Shown: positions 28,716 to 38,423 of the stretch, piece by piece
Position numbering within the stretch: the stretch's first letter is position 1
Layout of the letters: every line of letters begins with the position of its first letter
Source: a candidate division WWE3 bacterium
Lineage (GTDB): Bacteria; Patescibacteriota; WWE3; 2-01-FULL-39-13
Direction: 5' to 3'
Length of the DNA stretch: 42,482 nucleotides
NCBI GenBank assembly: GCA_027002375.1
Contig: JALWZX010000060.1
Span: forward strand, 1 to 42,482
The notes under the pieces: model-generated
Databases searched by the model: none
What the model saw: only the letters and a program-made list of their open reading frames with translations
What the model was told of the DNA's origin: nothing
Program-made: the position numbers and the translations under genes

Positions 28716-29264
28716 ATGAGTAAATTAGGAAAAACTCCAGTTGATATTCCAAACGGAGTCGAAGTAAAAATTGAAGACGATTTTGTAAAAATCAAAGGGC
28801 CAAAGGGGGAATTGTCTGTAGATAGAGTTACCGGTGTCGATATTGATTTAAAAGATAATCAAGTTGTGTTTTCTGTTAAAGATGAAAACGCCGAAAACGC
28901 AAAGGCTTATTGGGGTTTGATGCGGTCTCTTGTACAAAATTGTATCGTTGGTGTTACAGAGGGGTTCTCAAAAGAGTTGGAACTAGTAGGAATCGGTTAC
29001 AGAGTAGAAAAAGTAGACGAAAATTTGAAGCTATTTGTAGGTTATTCGCATGATGTTATTGTTAAGGCACCAGATGGTATTACTTTTGATGTTGAGGGTA
29101 ATACAAAAATAAAAGTATCTGGTATTGATAAACAAAAGGTTGGTCAAACATCGGCAGAGATAAGGGCCATTCGAAAACCTGAGCCATATAAGGGTAAAGG
29201 AATAAGGTATGTTGATGAGATTGTAAGAAGAAAACAAGGAAAAGCTGCAAAATCAGCTGCGTAA
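28716..29264 (+). CDS. rplF: 50S ribosomal protein L6
   Basis: KGPKG.L, GVTEGF, GIGYR, GYSH, PEPYKGKGIRY. Confidence 0.99.
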   Translation: MSKLGKTPVDIPNGVEVKIEDDFVKIKGPKGELSVDRVTGVDIDLKDNQVVFSVKDENAENAKAYWGLMRSLVQNCIVGVTEGFSKELELVGIGYRVEKVDENLKLFVGYSHDVIVKAPDGITFDVEGNTKIKVSGIDKQKVGQTSAEIRAIRKPEPYKGKGIRYVDEIVRRKQGKAAKSAA

Positions 29265-29280
29265 AATAATTATTGAAATT

Positions 29281-29637
29281 ATGGTTAAACTGTATAAAAC
29301 AAAAAGAGAACGAAGAAAAGCAAAAATTCGAAATAAGATTCGTGGTACTGTAGATAGACCTAGGTTTAACATTTTTAGATCGAATAAATACATCTATGTT
29401 CAAGCTATAGACGATGTTAATGGAATAACATTAGCAAGTTTTTCCTCGTTGGAGTTCGATAAAAAAGATTTGGGTAAGACCAAAACGGAACAGTCAAAGC
29501 TTGTTGGTGAGGAATTTGCAAAAAGATTAAAGAAGAAAAAAATAGAAAAAGGGGTTTTTGACAGATCGTCATATATGTATCATGGTAGAGTAAAGGCTGT
29601 AGCCGAAGGTATAAGAAGTGGTGGTATAGAGATTTAG
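29281..29637 (+). CDS. rplR: 50S ribosomal protein L18
   Basis: RPR...FRSNKYIY.Q.IDD, FDR..Y.YHGRVKA. Confidence 0.98.
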   Translation: MVKLYKTKRERRKAKIRNKIRGTVDRPRFNIFRSNKYIYVQAIDDVNGITLASFSSLEFDKKDLGKTKTEQSKLVGEEFAKRLKKKKIEKGVFDRSSYMYHGRVKAVAEGIRSGGIEI

Positions 29638-29661
29638 CAAGTTTAATATAGTTAAAATAAC

Positions 29662-30165
29662 ATGCAGGTAACAAAAGAAAATAAAACAAAAAGAGAAGAG
29701 AAAAGAAGTGATGATGATTTTAATAAGAGTGAGGAGAAATCTGTTGAAGAAAGATTGTTAAAAGTGAGAAGAGTTTCAACTAAAAGAGCAGGTGGATCGT
29801 CGTTTCATTTTTCGGTATTAGCTGTTGCTGGTGATCGTAACGGCAATGTTGGTGTTGCAATAGCGAAGTCAAAAGAAAATACACTTGCTATACAAAAGGC
29901 AAAAGATAGAGCAAAAAAGGCAATGTTTAATGTTCCGATAACAGAAGATGGTAGTATTCCACATGAGGTTTATATTAAAGACGGGCCGTCAATATTGTAT
30001 CTTAAACCAGCCCCTCAAGGTGCAGGTATTATCGCTGGTGGAAGTATAAGGCATATCTTAGAACTAGCGGGTTACAAGAACGTATCCGCTAAAATAATTG
30101 GAACAAATAATCAAATTAATAATTCATATACATTAGCGAAGGCATTAAAAAGTTTAAGAAAATAA
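29662..30165 (+). CDS. rpsE: 30S ribosomal protein S5
   Basis: RV....GG, GD.NG.VG, PAP.G.GIIAGG, LELAG. Confidence 0.97.
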   Translation: MQVTKENKTKREEKRSDDDFNKSEEKSVEERLLKVRRVSTKRAGGSSFHFSVLAVAGDRNGNVGVAIAKSKENTLAIQKAKDRAKKAMFNVPITEDGSIPHEVYIKDGPSILYLKPAPQGAGIIAGGSIRHILELAGYKNVSAKIIGTNNQINNSYTLAKALKSLRK

Positions 30166-30169
30166 TATT

Positions 30170-30622
30170 ATGAGTAATTTATTATCAAAACTAACAAAAA
30201 AAGATGGTGCTATAAAAAAATCTAGAAGAGTTGGCAGAGGATATGGTTCAACTGCGGGTGGGCATACTGCAACTAGAGGAATGAAGGGTCAAAAATCAAG
30301 ATCTGGTGGTAAGACACGTGTATGGTTTGAGGGGGGGCAAACACCTTTGGTAAGAAGACTGCCATATAGAAAAGGTTTTAGAAATCACAACAAAAAAGAT
30401 GTCGTATCCATTAGCTTTTATGATTTGAGTGATGTAATAGAGAAAAATGATAAGATTACCCCTGAGATGTTAATGGACCTAGGTATTATAGAAGCTGGTC
30501 TATACTCAGATTTTAAGATATTATCTAATGGTAAGATAACAAAAAAAGTAACATTTGAAGGTTTCAAATATTCTGCAAAAGCAAAAGAGAAGATTGAAAA
30601 GGTTGGTGGCGTTGCAAATTGA
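30170..30622 (+). CDS. rplO: 50S ribosomal protein L15
   Basis: RVGRG.GS, KGQKSRSG, FEGGQTPL.RRLP. Confidence 0.98.
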   Translation: MSNLLSKLTKKDGAIKKSRRVGRGYGSTAGGHTATRGMKGQKSRSGGKTRVWFEGGQTPLVRRLPYRKGFRNHNKKDVVSISFYDLSDVIEKNDKITPEMLMDLGIIEAGLYSDFKILSNGKITKKVTFEGFKYSAKAKEKIEKVGGVAN

Positions 30623-30663
30623 ATCTAACGCTTTTGTGATCGTTTTGAATATAATTAACAAAC

Positions 30664-31959
30664 ATGATTGACGTAATAAAAAAATCTTTTCATATCCCTG
30701 AAGTAAGAAAAAAAATTCTTATAACGTTTGCTGTATTGGCATTATACAGATTTTTAATTCATGTACCTGTTCCTAATGTAGATCTAAACGCTATAAAAAC
30801 CATCTTTGATCAAAGTCAGTTTTTTAACGTGGTTAACTTATTCTCTGGTGGTGGTTTATCTCAAGTTTCTATAATTTCACTTGGTGTTGGTCCATATATA
30901 ACAGCATCTATTATAATGCAACTTGTAACAATGGTTATTCCGCAGTTAGAAGAATTATCAAAAGAGGGTCAATACGGAAGAGAAAAGATAAATCAATATA
31001 CACAGTTTTTAACATTACCACTAGCTATAATTCAATCCTATGGTTTATATTTCATTTTTTCAAAACAAAGTGTTGGCAATTTATCTATAATGGGAAACAT
31101 GACTTCTTTAGATATAATAATGATGGTTATTATAATGACAGGTGGTGCTTTTTTATTAATGTGGATAGCAAGTCTAATAACTGATTACGGTGTTGGAAAT
31201 GGTGTTTCAATAATTATTTTTGCAGGAATTTTAGCCAGAATTCCATCTAGTATGGGTAAGATTTCAATTGTTGGTGCAGACGCAACGCAGATGTTTAATT
31301 TGCTTATATTTATAGGCATAGCATTGGTTGTTATTGCTGGTGTTGTTTATGTTAATGAAGCCTACAGAAAAATTGATATACAATATTCTACACGTGTTAC
31401 TGGCTCTAAAACTCTTGGTGGAGGGTCTAGTTATATACCTGTTAAAATAAATCAAGCTGGTGTAATACCTATTATATTCGCTGTTTCGATCGTTCTATTA
31501 CCAAGCTTTTTTGCAGGTTACTTGCAACAGGTTAATTCTGAACAGTTACAAAACATCGGTTTATGGATATCAATGAATTTTACACCTGGAAAGCCATTTT
31601 ATACTGCATTATACTTTTTCTTGGTATTTATATTTACATATTTCTATACAGCTGTTACATTTAATCCAGAAAAGATTGCTGATGACGTTAGAAGGTCTGG
31701 TGGTTTTATACCTGGAGTACGCCCAGGAAAAGCAACGGAAAATTATCTTAGCTATATAATTACAAGACTAACATTCGCTGGAGGTATTTTCTTAGGTGCG
31801 ATTGCGGTTTTACCATTGATTGTACAAAATTTTACAGGAATAACTTCTTTAGCTATAGGTGGTACAGGTTTACTAATTGTAGTGTCAGTAGTTTTAGAAA
31901 CAGTTAAACAAATTGAAGCGCAAGTTATTACGCGTGAATATGAAACATTCACACGATAA
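30664..31959 (+). CDS. secY: Preprotein translocase SecY
   Basis: LGVGPYITASIIMQL, GVGNGVS, AGVIPIIFA, FIPGVRPG..T, GGTGLLIVV.V. Confidence 0.99.
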   Translation: MIDVIKKSFHIPEVRKKILITFAVLALYRFLIHVPVPNVDLNAIKTIFDQSQFFNVVNLFSGGGLSQVSIISLGVGPYITASIIMQLVTMVIPQLEELSKEGQYGREKINQYTQFLTLPLAIIQSYGLYFIFSKQSVGNLSIMGNMTSLDIIMMVIIMTGGAFLLMWIASLITDYGVGNGVSIIIFAGILARIPSSMGKISIVGADATQMFNLLIFIGIALVVIAGVVYVNEAYRKIDIQYSTRVTGSKTLGGGSSYIPVKINQAGVIPIIFAVSIVLLPSFFAGYLQQVNSEQLQNIGLWISMNFTPGKPFYTALYFFLVFIFTYFYTAVTFNPEKIADDVRRSGGFIPGVRPGKATENYLSYIITRLTFAGGIFLGAIAVLPLIVQNFTGITSLAIGGTGLLIVVSVVLETVKQIEAQVITREYETFTR

Positions 31960-31977
31960 TTACTGTGCTTAAAAATT

Positions 31978-32253
31978 ATGATAGATAAATTAGGACAAAT
32001 GAAAGATCTTTACGCCTTAAAGAAGCAGGCAGACGCGTTAAAAAAAGAAATGGAAAAGATTCAGGTAGAGGTTTATGAGGGAGATTATAGAATTATAATG
32101 TTAGGTGATCAAACTGTGGTTGCTGTTTACAAAGATGACGTTGAAATGCCAGGGTTGAAAAAACTATATAATAAAGCATTAAAGGAATCACAGAAAAAGG
32201 TTGCAAAACAGATGCGTGGAAAGATGGGTGATATGGGTTTGCCAGGATTTTAA
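31978..32253 (+). CDS. YbaB/EbfC-like nucleoid-associated protein
   Basis: 91 aa; helix (KKQADALKKEM), beta segment, helix (NKALKESQKKVA..M), ending GLPGF, as in YbaB/EbfC. Confidence 0.65.
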   Translation: MIDKLGQMKDLYALKKQADALKKEMEKIQVEVYEGDYRIIMLGDQTVVAVYKDDVEMPGLKKLYNKALKESQKKVAKQMRGKMGDMGLPGF

Positions 32254-32270
32254 TTAATAAATAACAAAAC

Positions 32271-32873
32271 ATGTCACGTGAAATAATATTGGTTCTAGGT
32301 CCCCAAGGTTCGGGTAAATCTACGCAGGCTAAATTGCTCGCAGATTATTTAGACTATCAGTTTCTTTCAACTGGTCAAATGATACGAGAAGCCAGTCAAA
32401 AACATAACGATCTTGCTGAAAATCTTAATCGTTATCAGTTACTTGGCAAACTTGTTCCCGATGAAATCGTAGAAAAGATGCTTTTTGACAGAATAACCGA
32501 GTCTGATAGTTTAGGATTTGTAATTGACGGATTTCCAAGAGATAAAAAACAACTAGAAGATTTTTTGAATTTTATAGAAGATAACGGATATGATTTTAAT
32601 CACGCCTTTTACTTAGATGTGTCTTTAAGGGAGTGTTTAAACAGGCTTAGATTAAGACGCGAGATAGAGAATAGACCAGACGAAACAGATGGTGCGATTA
32701 AAACAAGACTTAATGTGTATTTTTCAAATACAGAACCATTATTAAGCAAATATGATAGATTGGGTGTTTTAGAAAAAGTAAATGGTGAGAAATCTATTCA
32801 AGAAATACAAGACAATATACAAGATATAATAAATAATTATTTAGAAAAATCTAGATTTTATGGGAATAACTAA
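32271..32873 (+). CDS. adk: Adenylate kinase (short LID)
   Basis: GPQGSGKSTQA, STG, LVPD, DGFPR, R.DET; synteny. Confidence 0.93.
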   Translation: MSREIILVLGPQGSGKSTQAKLLADYLDYQFLSTGQMIREASQKHNDLAENLNRYQLLGKLVPDEIVEKMLFDRITESDSLGFVIDGFPRDKKQLEDFLNFIEDNGYDFNHAFYLDVSLRECLNRLRLRREIENRPDETDGAIKTRLNVYFSNTEPLLSKYDRLGVLEKVNGEKSIQEIQDNIQDIINNYLEKSRFYGNN

Positions 32874-33654
32874 TATTTTAACAGATTCTTCGATTCCAAT
32901 AATGAGAGAAGGCGGAAAAATTGCTTCGAATATAATGAATACGGCACTATTTTCTTCTGTTTCTGGCACAAAAACAAGCGATATCAATAATATAATAGAA
33001 GAAGAAATGAGAAGATATGGGGTTAAACCATGGTTTAAAGAAGTAGATAATTACCCTTATGCATCTTGTATATCGGTAAATGAAGTTTGGTTGCATGGAA
33101 TGCCTAATGATACTGTCTTAAAAAAGGATGATGTTGTTTCAATAGATCTAGGTGTCAAATTTGAAGATCATTACATTGATCACTGTTGGACAATTTCTGT
33201 TAAGGATTCTTATGAATCAATGGATACTATACGAGAAGAATTTAATAACTCTGATGATAATGTTAAAAAATTCTTAAAGATTGGAGTTCAGGCCGTAAAT
33301 AGTGCAATTGAAAGAGCTTATCCAAGAAATAAAGTTGGTGATATCTCATCGGCAATGCAATCGGTGGTTGAGAGCAATGGGTACTCAGTGATTGAAGGTT
33401 ATGGAGGGCATGGTGTAGGTTATGGTGCTCATATGGAGCCTCATATTCCATGCTATGGAATAGAAGGTTCTGGTAAAAAAATAAAAAAAAACATGGGGCT
33501 TGCGGTTGAGGTGATGTATTCTATGGGAAATCCAGAGTGGATTGTTGATTCTAAAGACGGCTGGTCTATCATAACAAAAGACCACAGTAAAACAGGAATG
33601 TTTGAACACACAATAATAGTTACAAACAACGGTCCTGAAATCTTGACTGAGTGA
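32860..33654 (+). CDS. map: Methionine aminopeptidase type I
   Basis: CISVNE...HG.P, IDLG, GHGVG, H.EP, VE.M, FEHT. Confidence 0.96.
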   Translation: MGITNILTDSSIPIMREGGKIASNIMNTALFSSVSGTKTSDINNIIEEEMRRYGVKPWFKEVDNYPYASCISVNEVWLHGMPNDTVLKKDDVVSIDLGVKFEDHYIDHCWTISVKDSYESMDTIREEFNNSDDNVKKFLKIGVQAVNSAIERAYPRNKVGDISSAMQSVVESNGYSVIEGYGGHGVGYGAHMEPHIPCYGIEGSGKKIKKNMGLAVEVMYSMGNPEWIVDSKDGWSIITKDHSKTGMFEHTIIVTNNGPEILTE

Positions 33655-33987
33655 GATTCTAGATTGATGTGAGGTTTTCTTTGTGCCTTGAATCAGTTGA
33701 TTACCTATTCAGCTCAACCTTAAGGATTCGGCTTTTAGTGCCATAGTGAAGTACGAAATTAAATCACTATATTTTGTAATGAAATAAGTGTTGACTATGC
33801 GAAATATTGCTATATTATATTAAAAGTCGCACAATTTTGGAATTGAAATCTAATAATCAATTTAAACGTTATGATTAAGTTTCATGTAAATATCGACAAT
33901 TATACAATTTGTGTTACAATTATGCAGTAAACTGGGTTGGATACCCTTTTCCTGCTAAGCCAATCGGCATTGCACTATACTAAATTT

Positions 33988-34218
33988 ATGACAAAAAAAG
34001 ATTTAATCGAATATACAGGTACAGTTATAGAAGCTTTACCTGACGGAAAATTTAAGATAAAACTTGATGATGAAGATAGAGAGGTGACTGGTTATATTGC
34101 CGGAAAATTAAGAAAATTTAGAATATATATATTGCCTGGTGACAGGGTTAAACTAGAGTTTAGTAAATACGACTTAGAAACGGGTCGTATAACTTATAGA
34201 TTGAAAAAACAATTATGA
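33988..34218 (+). CDS. infA: Translation initiation factor IF-1
   Basis: G.VIEALP..F, GKLR...I.ILPGD.V, YDL..GRITYR; start set at ATG 33988. Confidence 0.97.
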   Translation: MTKKDLIEYTGTVIEALPDGKFKIKLDDEDREVTGYIAGKLRKFRIYILPGDRVKLEFSKYDLETGRITYRLKKQL

Positions 34219-34331
34219 AAGTTAAAGCAAGTGTAAAAAAAAGATGTAGACATTGTAAAGTAGTTCGCCGAAAGGGGAAAGTTTATATAATTTGTAGTGC
34301 GAATCCAAAGCACAAGCAAAGGCAAGGTTAA
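34215..34331 (+). CDS. rpmJ: 50S ribosomal protein L36 (not in the ORF track)
   Basis: [38 protein letters not shown]. Confidence 0.98.
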   Translation: MKVKASVKKRCRHCKVVRRKGKVYIICSANPKHKQRQG

Positions 34332-34333
34332 TT

Positions 34334-34723
34334 ATGCCAAGAATATCTGGTGTTGATATCCCAAATAATAAAAGAATTGTAATAGCTTTAACGTATATAT
34401 ACGGAATAGGTTTAAAAACATCAAAGCAAATATTAAAAAGGGCTAATGTAGATGAGAATATTAGGGCAAAAGATTTAACAGATGAACAACTTGCTTCTAT
34501 TAGAAATGTAATAGAAAAAGAGCAGTATATGGTAGAGGGAGAATTGAGACGTGTAATTAATCAAAATATAAAGCGACTAAAAGAAATACGTTGTTACAGA
34601 GGAATTCGTCATACTAGAAATTTACCAGTAAGAGGACAAAAAACTCAGAAAAACGCTAGAACAAAAAGAGGTAAAAGAGTTGCAGTTGGTGGAGCAAATC
34701 CAAAAGCAGCCGCAAAGACATAG
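34334..34723 (+). CDS. rpsM: 30S ribosomal protein S13
   Basis: [34 protein letters not shown]. Confidence 0.99.
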   Translation: MPRISGVDIPNNKRIVIALTYIYGIGLKTSKQILKRANVDENIRAKDLTDEQLASIRNVIEKEQYMVEGELRRVINQNIKRLKEIRCYRGIRHTRNLPVRGQKTQKNARTKRGKRVAVGGANPKAAAKT

Positions 34724-34748
34724 TTTTGCAGTTCTTTAAATTCATATA

Positions 34749-35144
34749 ATGGCAAAAAAAACAAAGGTAAAGAAAAAAGTTAATAAAAGCAAAAGTGTAC
34801 CTTCGGTTGGAAATGTTTATGTATTTTCTGGTTACAATAATACAATTGTTACTGTAACTGATTTAGATGGTAATACAGTATGTTGGGAATCAGGTGGTAC
34901 GAATAACTTTAAGGGTTCTAGAAAATCCACACCATATGCAGCATCTGTTGTTGGTGAAAGTGCATCAAAGAAGGCTGTTGCCCTTGGCATGAAAGAGGTT
35001 ACTGCATATATCAAAGGTATAGGTAGTGGTAAATCGCAAGCCGTAAAAGCTATTCGTAATGGGGGTTTAGTTATTAACAAAATAGTAGATATTACACCTA
35101 TTGCACATAATGGGTGTAGGCCAAAGAAAAGAAGGAGAATATAA
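34749..35144 (+). CDS. rpsK: 30S ribosomal protein S11
   Basis: NNTIVT.TD, FKGSRKSTPYAA, D.TPIAHNGCRP. Confidence 0.99.
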   Translation: MAKKTKVKKKVNKSKSVPSVGNVYVFSGYNNTIVTVTDLDGNTVCWESGGTNNFKGSRKSTPYAASVVGESASKKAVALGMKEVTAYIKGIGSGKSQAVKAIRNGGLVINKIVDITPIAHNGCRPKKRRRI

Positions 35145-35746
35145 TGTCAAGATATTTAGGACCGAAATGTAAATTATGTAGAAGAGAGGGAACAAAACTG
35201 TTTCTGAAAGGTGCTAAATGCTACTCTGATAAGTGTCCAATGAATACGCGAAGCTATCCACCTGGACAACATGGCCCATCACGTCGTAGAAGATTATCTG
35301 ATTATGGAAGACATCTGAGAGAAAAACAAAAAGTAAAGAGAATTTACGGTGTATTAGAAACGCAGTTCAGAAGATATTACGAAAAGTCTGCGTCAAAGAA
35401 AGGTATTACTGGTGAGTTACTGTTACAAATGCTTGAGAGAAGATTGGACAGTGTTGTATATTCAAGCGGTTTGGGTCTATCAAGAATGCATGCTAGAAAA
35501 TTAGTTAGACAAGGTAAAATTAAAGTAAATGGAAACGTTGTCACAATTCCATCATATCAAGTTAATGAAAAAGATATGGTTGAATGCGATTTCGTTGGAG
35601 CTAAACCAAAAGATGATAACGAAATGCCCACATGGCTCGAATGGAACAAAGATAAAAAGGCAATAAAGATTCTTAGACTTCCAGAAAGGGATGATATTAG
35701 TCAAGAAATTAACGAACAATTAATAGTTGAATATTATTCGCGTTAA
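35144..35746 (+). CDS. rpsD: 30S ribosomal protein S4 (Zn-binding type)
   Basis: CKLCRREG, PGQHG, EKQK...YG, LERRLD, IVEYYSR. Confidence 0.99.
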   Translation: MSRYLGPKCKLCRREGTKLFLKGAKCYSDKCPMNTRSYPPGQHGPSRRRRLSDYGRHLREKQKVKRIYGVLETQFRRYYEKSASKKGITGELLLQMLERRLDSVVYSSGLGLSRMHARKLVRQGKIKVNGNVVTIPSYQVNEKDMVECDFVGAKPKDDNEMPTWLEWNKDKKAIKILRLPERDDISQEINEQLIVEYYSR

Positions 35747-35788
35747 TAGAAAGATCTTTTTATCTTTTTATTACCGTATTATAAACAT

Positions 35789-36763
35789 ATGTATAATCTA
35801 AAAAAAATAAATTTTAATGTAATTAAAAAAGATGCAACTACAGGGGTTTTTGAAATATCGCCATTAGTTAAGGGCTTTGGATATACAATCGGAAGTGGAA
35901 TAAGAAGAACTTTATTTTCCGCAACTCGAGGCGCTGCAATTGTTTCAGTTTCGATAGACGGTGTATCTCATGAGTTCTCAACAATAGAAGGTGCTACTGA
36001 TGATGTCTTGCAGATCTTACTTAAATTAAAGAAAGTCATTGTTAAAATGTCACCTGAATTTGAACTTGATGATACTGTAGAACTCAAAATAGATGCTAAA
36101 GGACCTGGTGACGTTACAGCTGGTGACATAAGTAATGATGCAGGTGTTGAAATAATTAATAAAGACTTCGTTATTACATCGCTTAATACAGCGAAAGATA
36201 CATTTAAAGCAACTTTAACGGTGAAGCCTGGATATGGTTATGAGCAGGTTGATGAAGATGCAGATGTTGCTATGGGAACTATTTTATTAGATGCAAATTA
36301 TACACCTATCGTGAACGTCAGTTATGACGTTGATGTTGCTCGTGTTGGTAGAGATGATAATTTTGATAAATTAATATTAACTGTTGAAACAGATGGATCA
36401 GTTGATTCTGAAGAGGCGGTTAGAAATTCTGCAAAAGTATTAAAAGAATTCTTTTATAAGGTTGAGACAGGTGAAGATTATACAGAAGAGCAAGATGCTA
36501 TATTGGCAGAGTCTACAGAATCACAAGAGGTTGCTCAAGAGGCTAGTACAACCACACAAAGTGGAATTGCATTAGATGAAATATCGTTAGAAGAGCTGAG
36601 ATTACCTACAAGAACGGTGAATGCATTAAAGAAGGCAGGTATAAGTACACTAGCAGATTTAGCAGATAGATCAGAAGACGACTTATTAAGAGTTCGAAAT
36701 TTAGGTGAAAAATCAATAAGAGAAATAATCGCTTTATTAGAAAAAGAAGGTTTAAAAAAGTAG
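35789..36763 (+). CDS. rpoA: RNA polymerase alpha subunit
   Basis: PL.KGFG.T.G, HEFSTI.G, ARVG, TDGS, CTD RT.NALK, RNLG.KS. Confidence 0.98.
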   Translation: MYNLKKINFNVIKKDATTGVFEISPLVKGFGYTIGSGIRRTLFSATRGAAIVSVSIDGVSHEFSTIEGATDDVLQILLKLKKVIVKMSPEFELDDTVELKIDAKGPGDVTAGDISNDAGVEIINKDFVITSLNTAKDTFKATLTVKPGYGYEQVDEDADVAMGTILLDANYTPIVNVSYDVDVARVGRDDNFDKLILTVETDGSVDSEEAVRNSAKVLKEFFYKVETGEDYTEEQDAILAESTESQEVAQEASTTTQSGIALDEISLEELRLPTRTVNALKKAGISTLADLADRSEDDLLRVRNLGEKSIREIIALLEKEGLKK

Positions 36764-36786
36764 TCTAGTTGAATTCCACGTAATAA

Positions 36787-37293
36787 ATGAGACATAGAGT
36801 AAAAAGAACAAAATTAAATAGAGACAGAGATGGAAGAAAAGCCATTGAAAGAGGTTTACTAAAACAAATTATAGAGCATGGGCATGTAGAAACGACATTA
36901 ATGAAGGCCAAATATATAAGACCAAGGGTTGAGAAATTGGTAACAAAAGCAAAAAAGAATGATTTAGCGACAAGAAGGTTGTTAATTCAAAGATTAAACG
37001 ATAAAGTTTTGGCCAAAAAATTATTAGAGGAAATCGCACCTAAATACCAAGAAGTAGAGGGGGGATATTTAAGAATACGAAGAACAACTATCAGAAAAGG
37101 TGATAGCGCACAATTGGCAGAAGTGTCATTTGTAGAAGTAACACAACCAAAGATAAAAGAAACAAAGAATGATTCAAAGAACTCTACAAAGACTAAAAAA
37201 GCTAAGACAAAATTAGTCGAGAAGAACGAAGGTGAAAAAAAGGGTACCGCCAAACCAAATGGCAAGTCAGAAAGTAAAAAAGAAACAAAATAA
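36787..37293 (+). CDS. rplQ: 50S ribosomal protein L17 with Lys-rich C-terminal tail
   Basis: MRHR, TT..KAK, EKLVT.AK, GGY.RI, R.GD.A. Confidence 0.97.
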   Translation: MRHRVKRTKLNRDRDGRKAIERGLLKQIIEHGHVETTLMKAKYIRPRVEKLVTKAKKNDLATRRLLIQRLNDKVLAKKLLEEIAPKYQEVEGGYLRIRRTTIRKGDSAQLAEVSFVEVTQPKIKETKNDSKNSTKTKKAKTKLVEKNEGEKKGTAKPNGKSESKKETK

Positions 37294-37295
37294 TT

Positions 37296-37721
37296 ATGAC
37301 AAAAACAACAAGTTCAACAAAAAAAGAGAACGTGGTAAAGAAATGGCACCATTTAGATGCTGAAAATAGAGTATTAGGTCAATTAGCAACAGAAATTGTA
37401 GAATTATTAATGGGAAAGCACAAGGTTGATTATTCACCAAATATGAACATGGGAGATGGTGTAGTAGTTACGAATTCCGCCAAAGTAGTGCTAACTGGAA
37501 ACAAAGAATCAGGAAAGATTTATTATCGACACTCAAGAAAAGTAGGAAACCTAAAATCCGTAACGGCAGAACAGTTAAGGAGAATAAAGCCAAATGATTT
37601 AATCTATTTGGCTGTAAAAGGAATGCTACCTAAAAATAAATTAAGAAAAGTTAGGTTAGCTAATTTAAAAATTTACAAAGAAAGTGAACACCCACATAAA
37701 GGGCAAGTAACGTCATCGTAA
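37296..37721 (+). CDS. rplM: 50S ribosomal protein L13
   Basis: W...DA...LG.LA, LMGKHK..YSP, AVKGMLPKN, HPH..Q. Confidence 0.98.
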   Translation: MTKTTSSTKKENVVKKWHHLDAENRVLGQLATEIVELLMGKHKVDYSPNMNMGDGVVVTNSAKVVLTGNKESGKIYYRHSRKVGNLKSVTAEQLRRIKPNDLIYLAVKGMLPKNKLRKVRLANLKIYKESEHPHKGQVTSS

Positions 37722-37739
37722 TTTATTTATTATTAAAAT

Positions 37740-38333
37740 ATGGCAGACGTAAAAAAAGAAACAAAAGAGCAAAAGAAAATAAAGTCGCCCAAAGAAGCAG
37801 AAAAGAAAGCAAAAGTTACAAAACAGACTAGTGATGAGTCTGATAAAAAAGTTGTAGATAAAGTTGTTGAAAACGATGTAGATACAAAGAATCTAGAAAG
37901 CACAGAAAAAGCTGATACCAAGCCCTCAAACGGTAAAAAGAAGTTTTATGCAGGTACTGGTAGAAGAAAAGAATCTGTGGCGAGGGTATGGTTGTATGAC
38001 GAAAAAGGGGAATTTATAGTAAATGGTAAGCCTATCAAAGAATATTTTACGAGTAGAGAAGAGACATTAGAGTGGGTAAAACCGTTTCATGCAATTGGAA
38101 TTTCTCATCCACAATCTAAATTTAGTGCTTCGATAAAGGTTCATGGTGGTGGTAGAACTGGCCAACTAGGTGCTGTGCGTTTAGGCTTATCTAGGGCTTT
38201 AGTAGATCTTGATTCAGAAAATAAGGGTGTATTAAGAACTGCGGATCTATTAACAAGAGATTCTAGAAAAGTTGAGAGAAAGAAAGCATTCTTCAGAAAA
38301 GCTAGAAAGAAACCACAATATTCGAAACGTTAA
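37740..38333 (+). CDS. rpsI: 30S ribosomal protein S9 with ~65-aa charged N-terminal extension
   Basis: GTGRRK.SVARV, GGG..GQ.GA.R, LTRD.R..ERKK, QYSKR. Confidence 0.98.
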   Translation: MADVKKETKEQKKIKSPKEAEKKAKVTKQTSDESDKKVVDKVVENDVDTKNLESTEKADTKPSNGKKKFYAGTGRRKESVARVWLYDEKGEFIVNGKPIKEYFTSREETLEWVKPFHAIGISHPQSKFSASIKVHGGGRTGQLGAVRLGLSRALVDLDSENKGVLRTADLLTRDSRKVERKKAFFRKARKKPQYSKR

Positions 38334-38375
38334 AGTATACAAATTATATGGCACATACTTGTCATTCGACCTTAT

Positions 38376-38423
38376 ATAGTAATTAGCAATAAGGAACCCC
38401 GAGCTTTAACTCGTGGAGTTTCA
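38376..38423 (+). mobile_element. Degenerate partial copy (right end) of the IS200/IS605-like mini-element
   Basis: atagtaattagcaataaggaaccccgagctttaactcgtggagtttca aligns without gaps to atagtaattggcgataagaaaccacgggctttagcccgtggagtttca (42387-42434). Confidence 0.8.

Noticed and set aside
35746-35773. Intrinsic terminator between rpsD and rpoA
   Set aside because: The stem is almost entirely A-U and lies inside a normally co-transcribed operon; too weak to call
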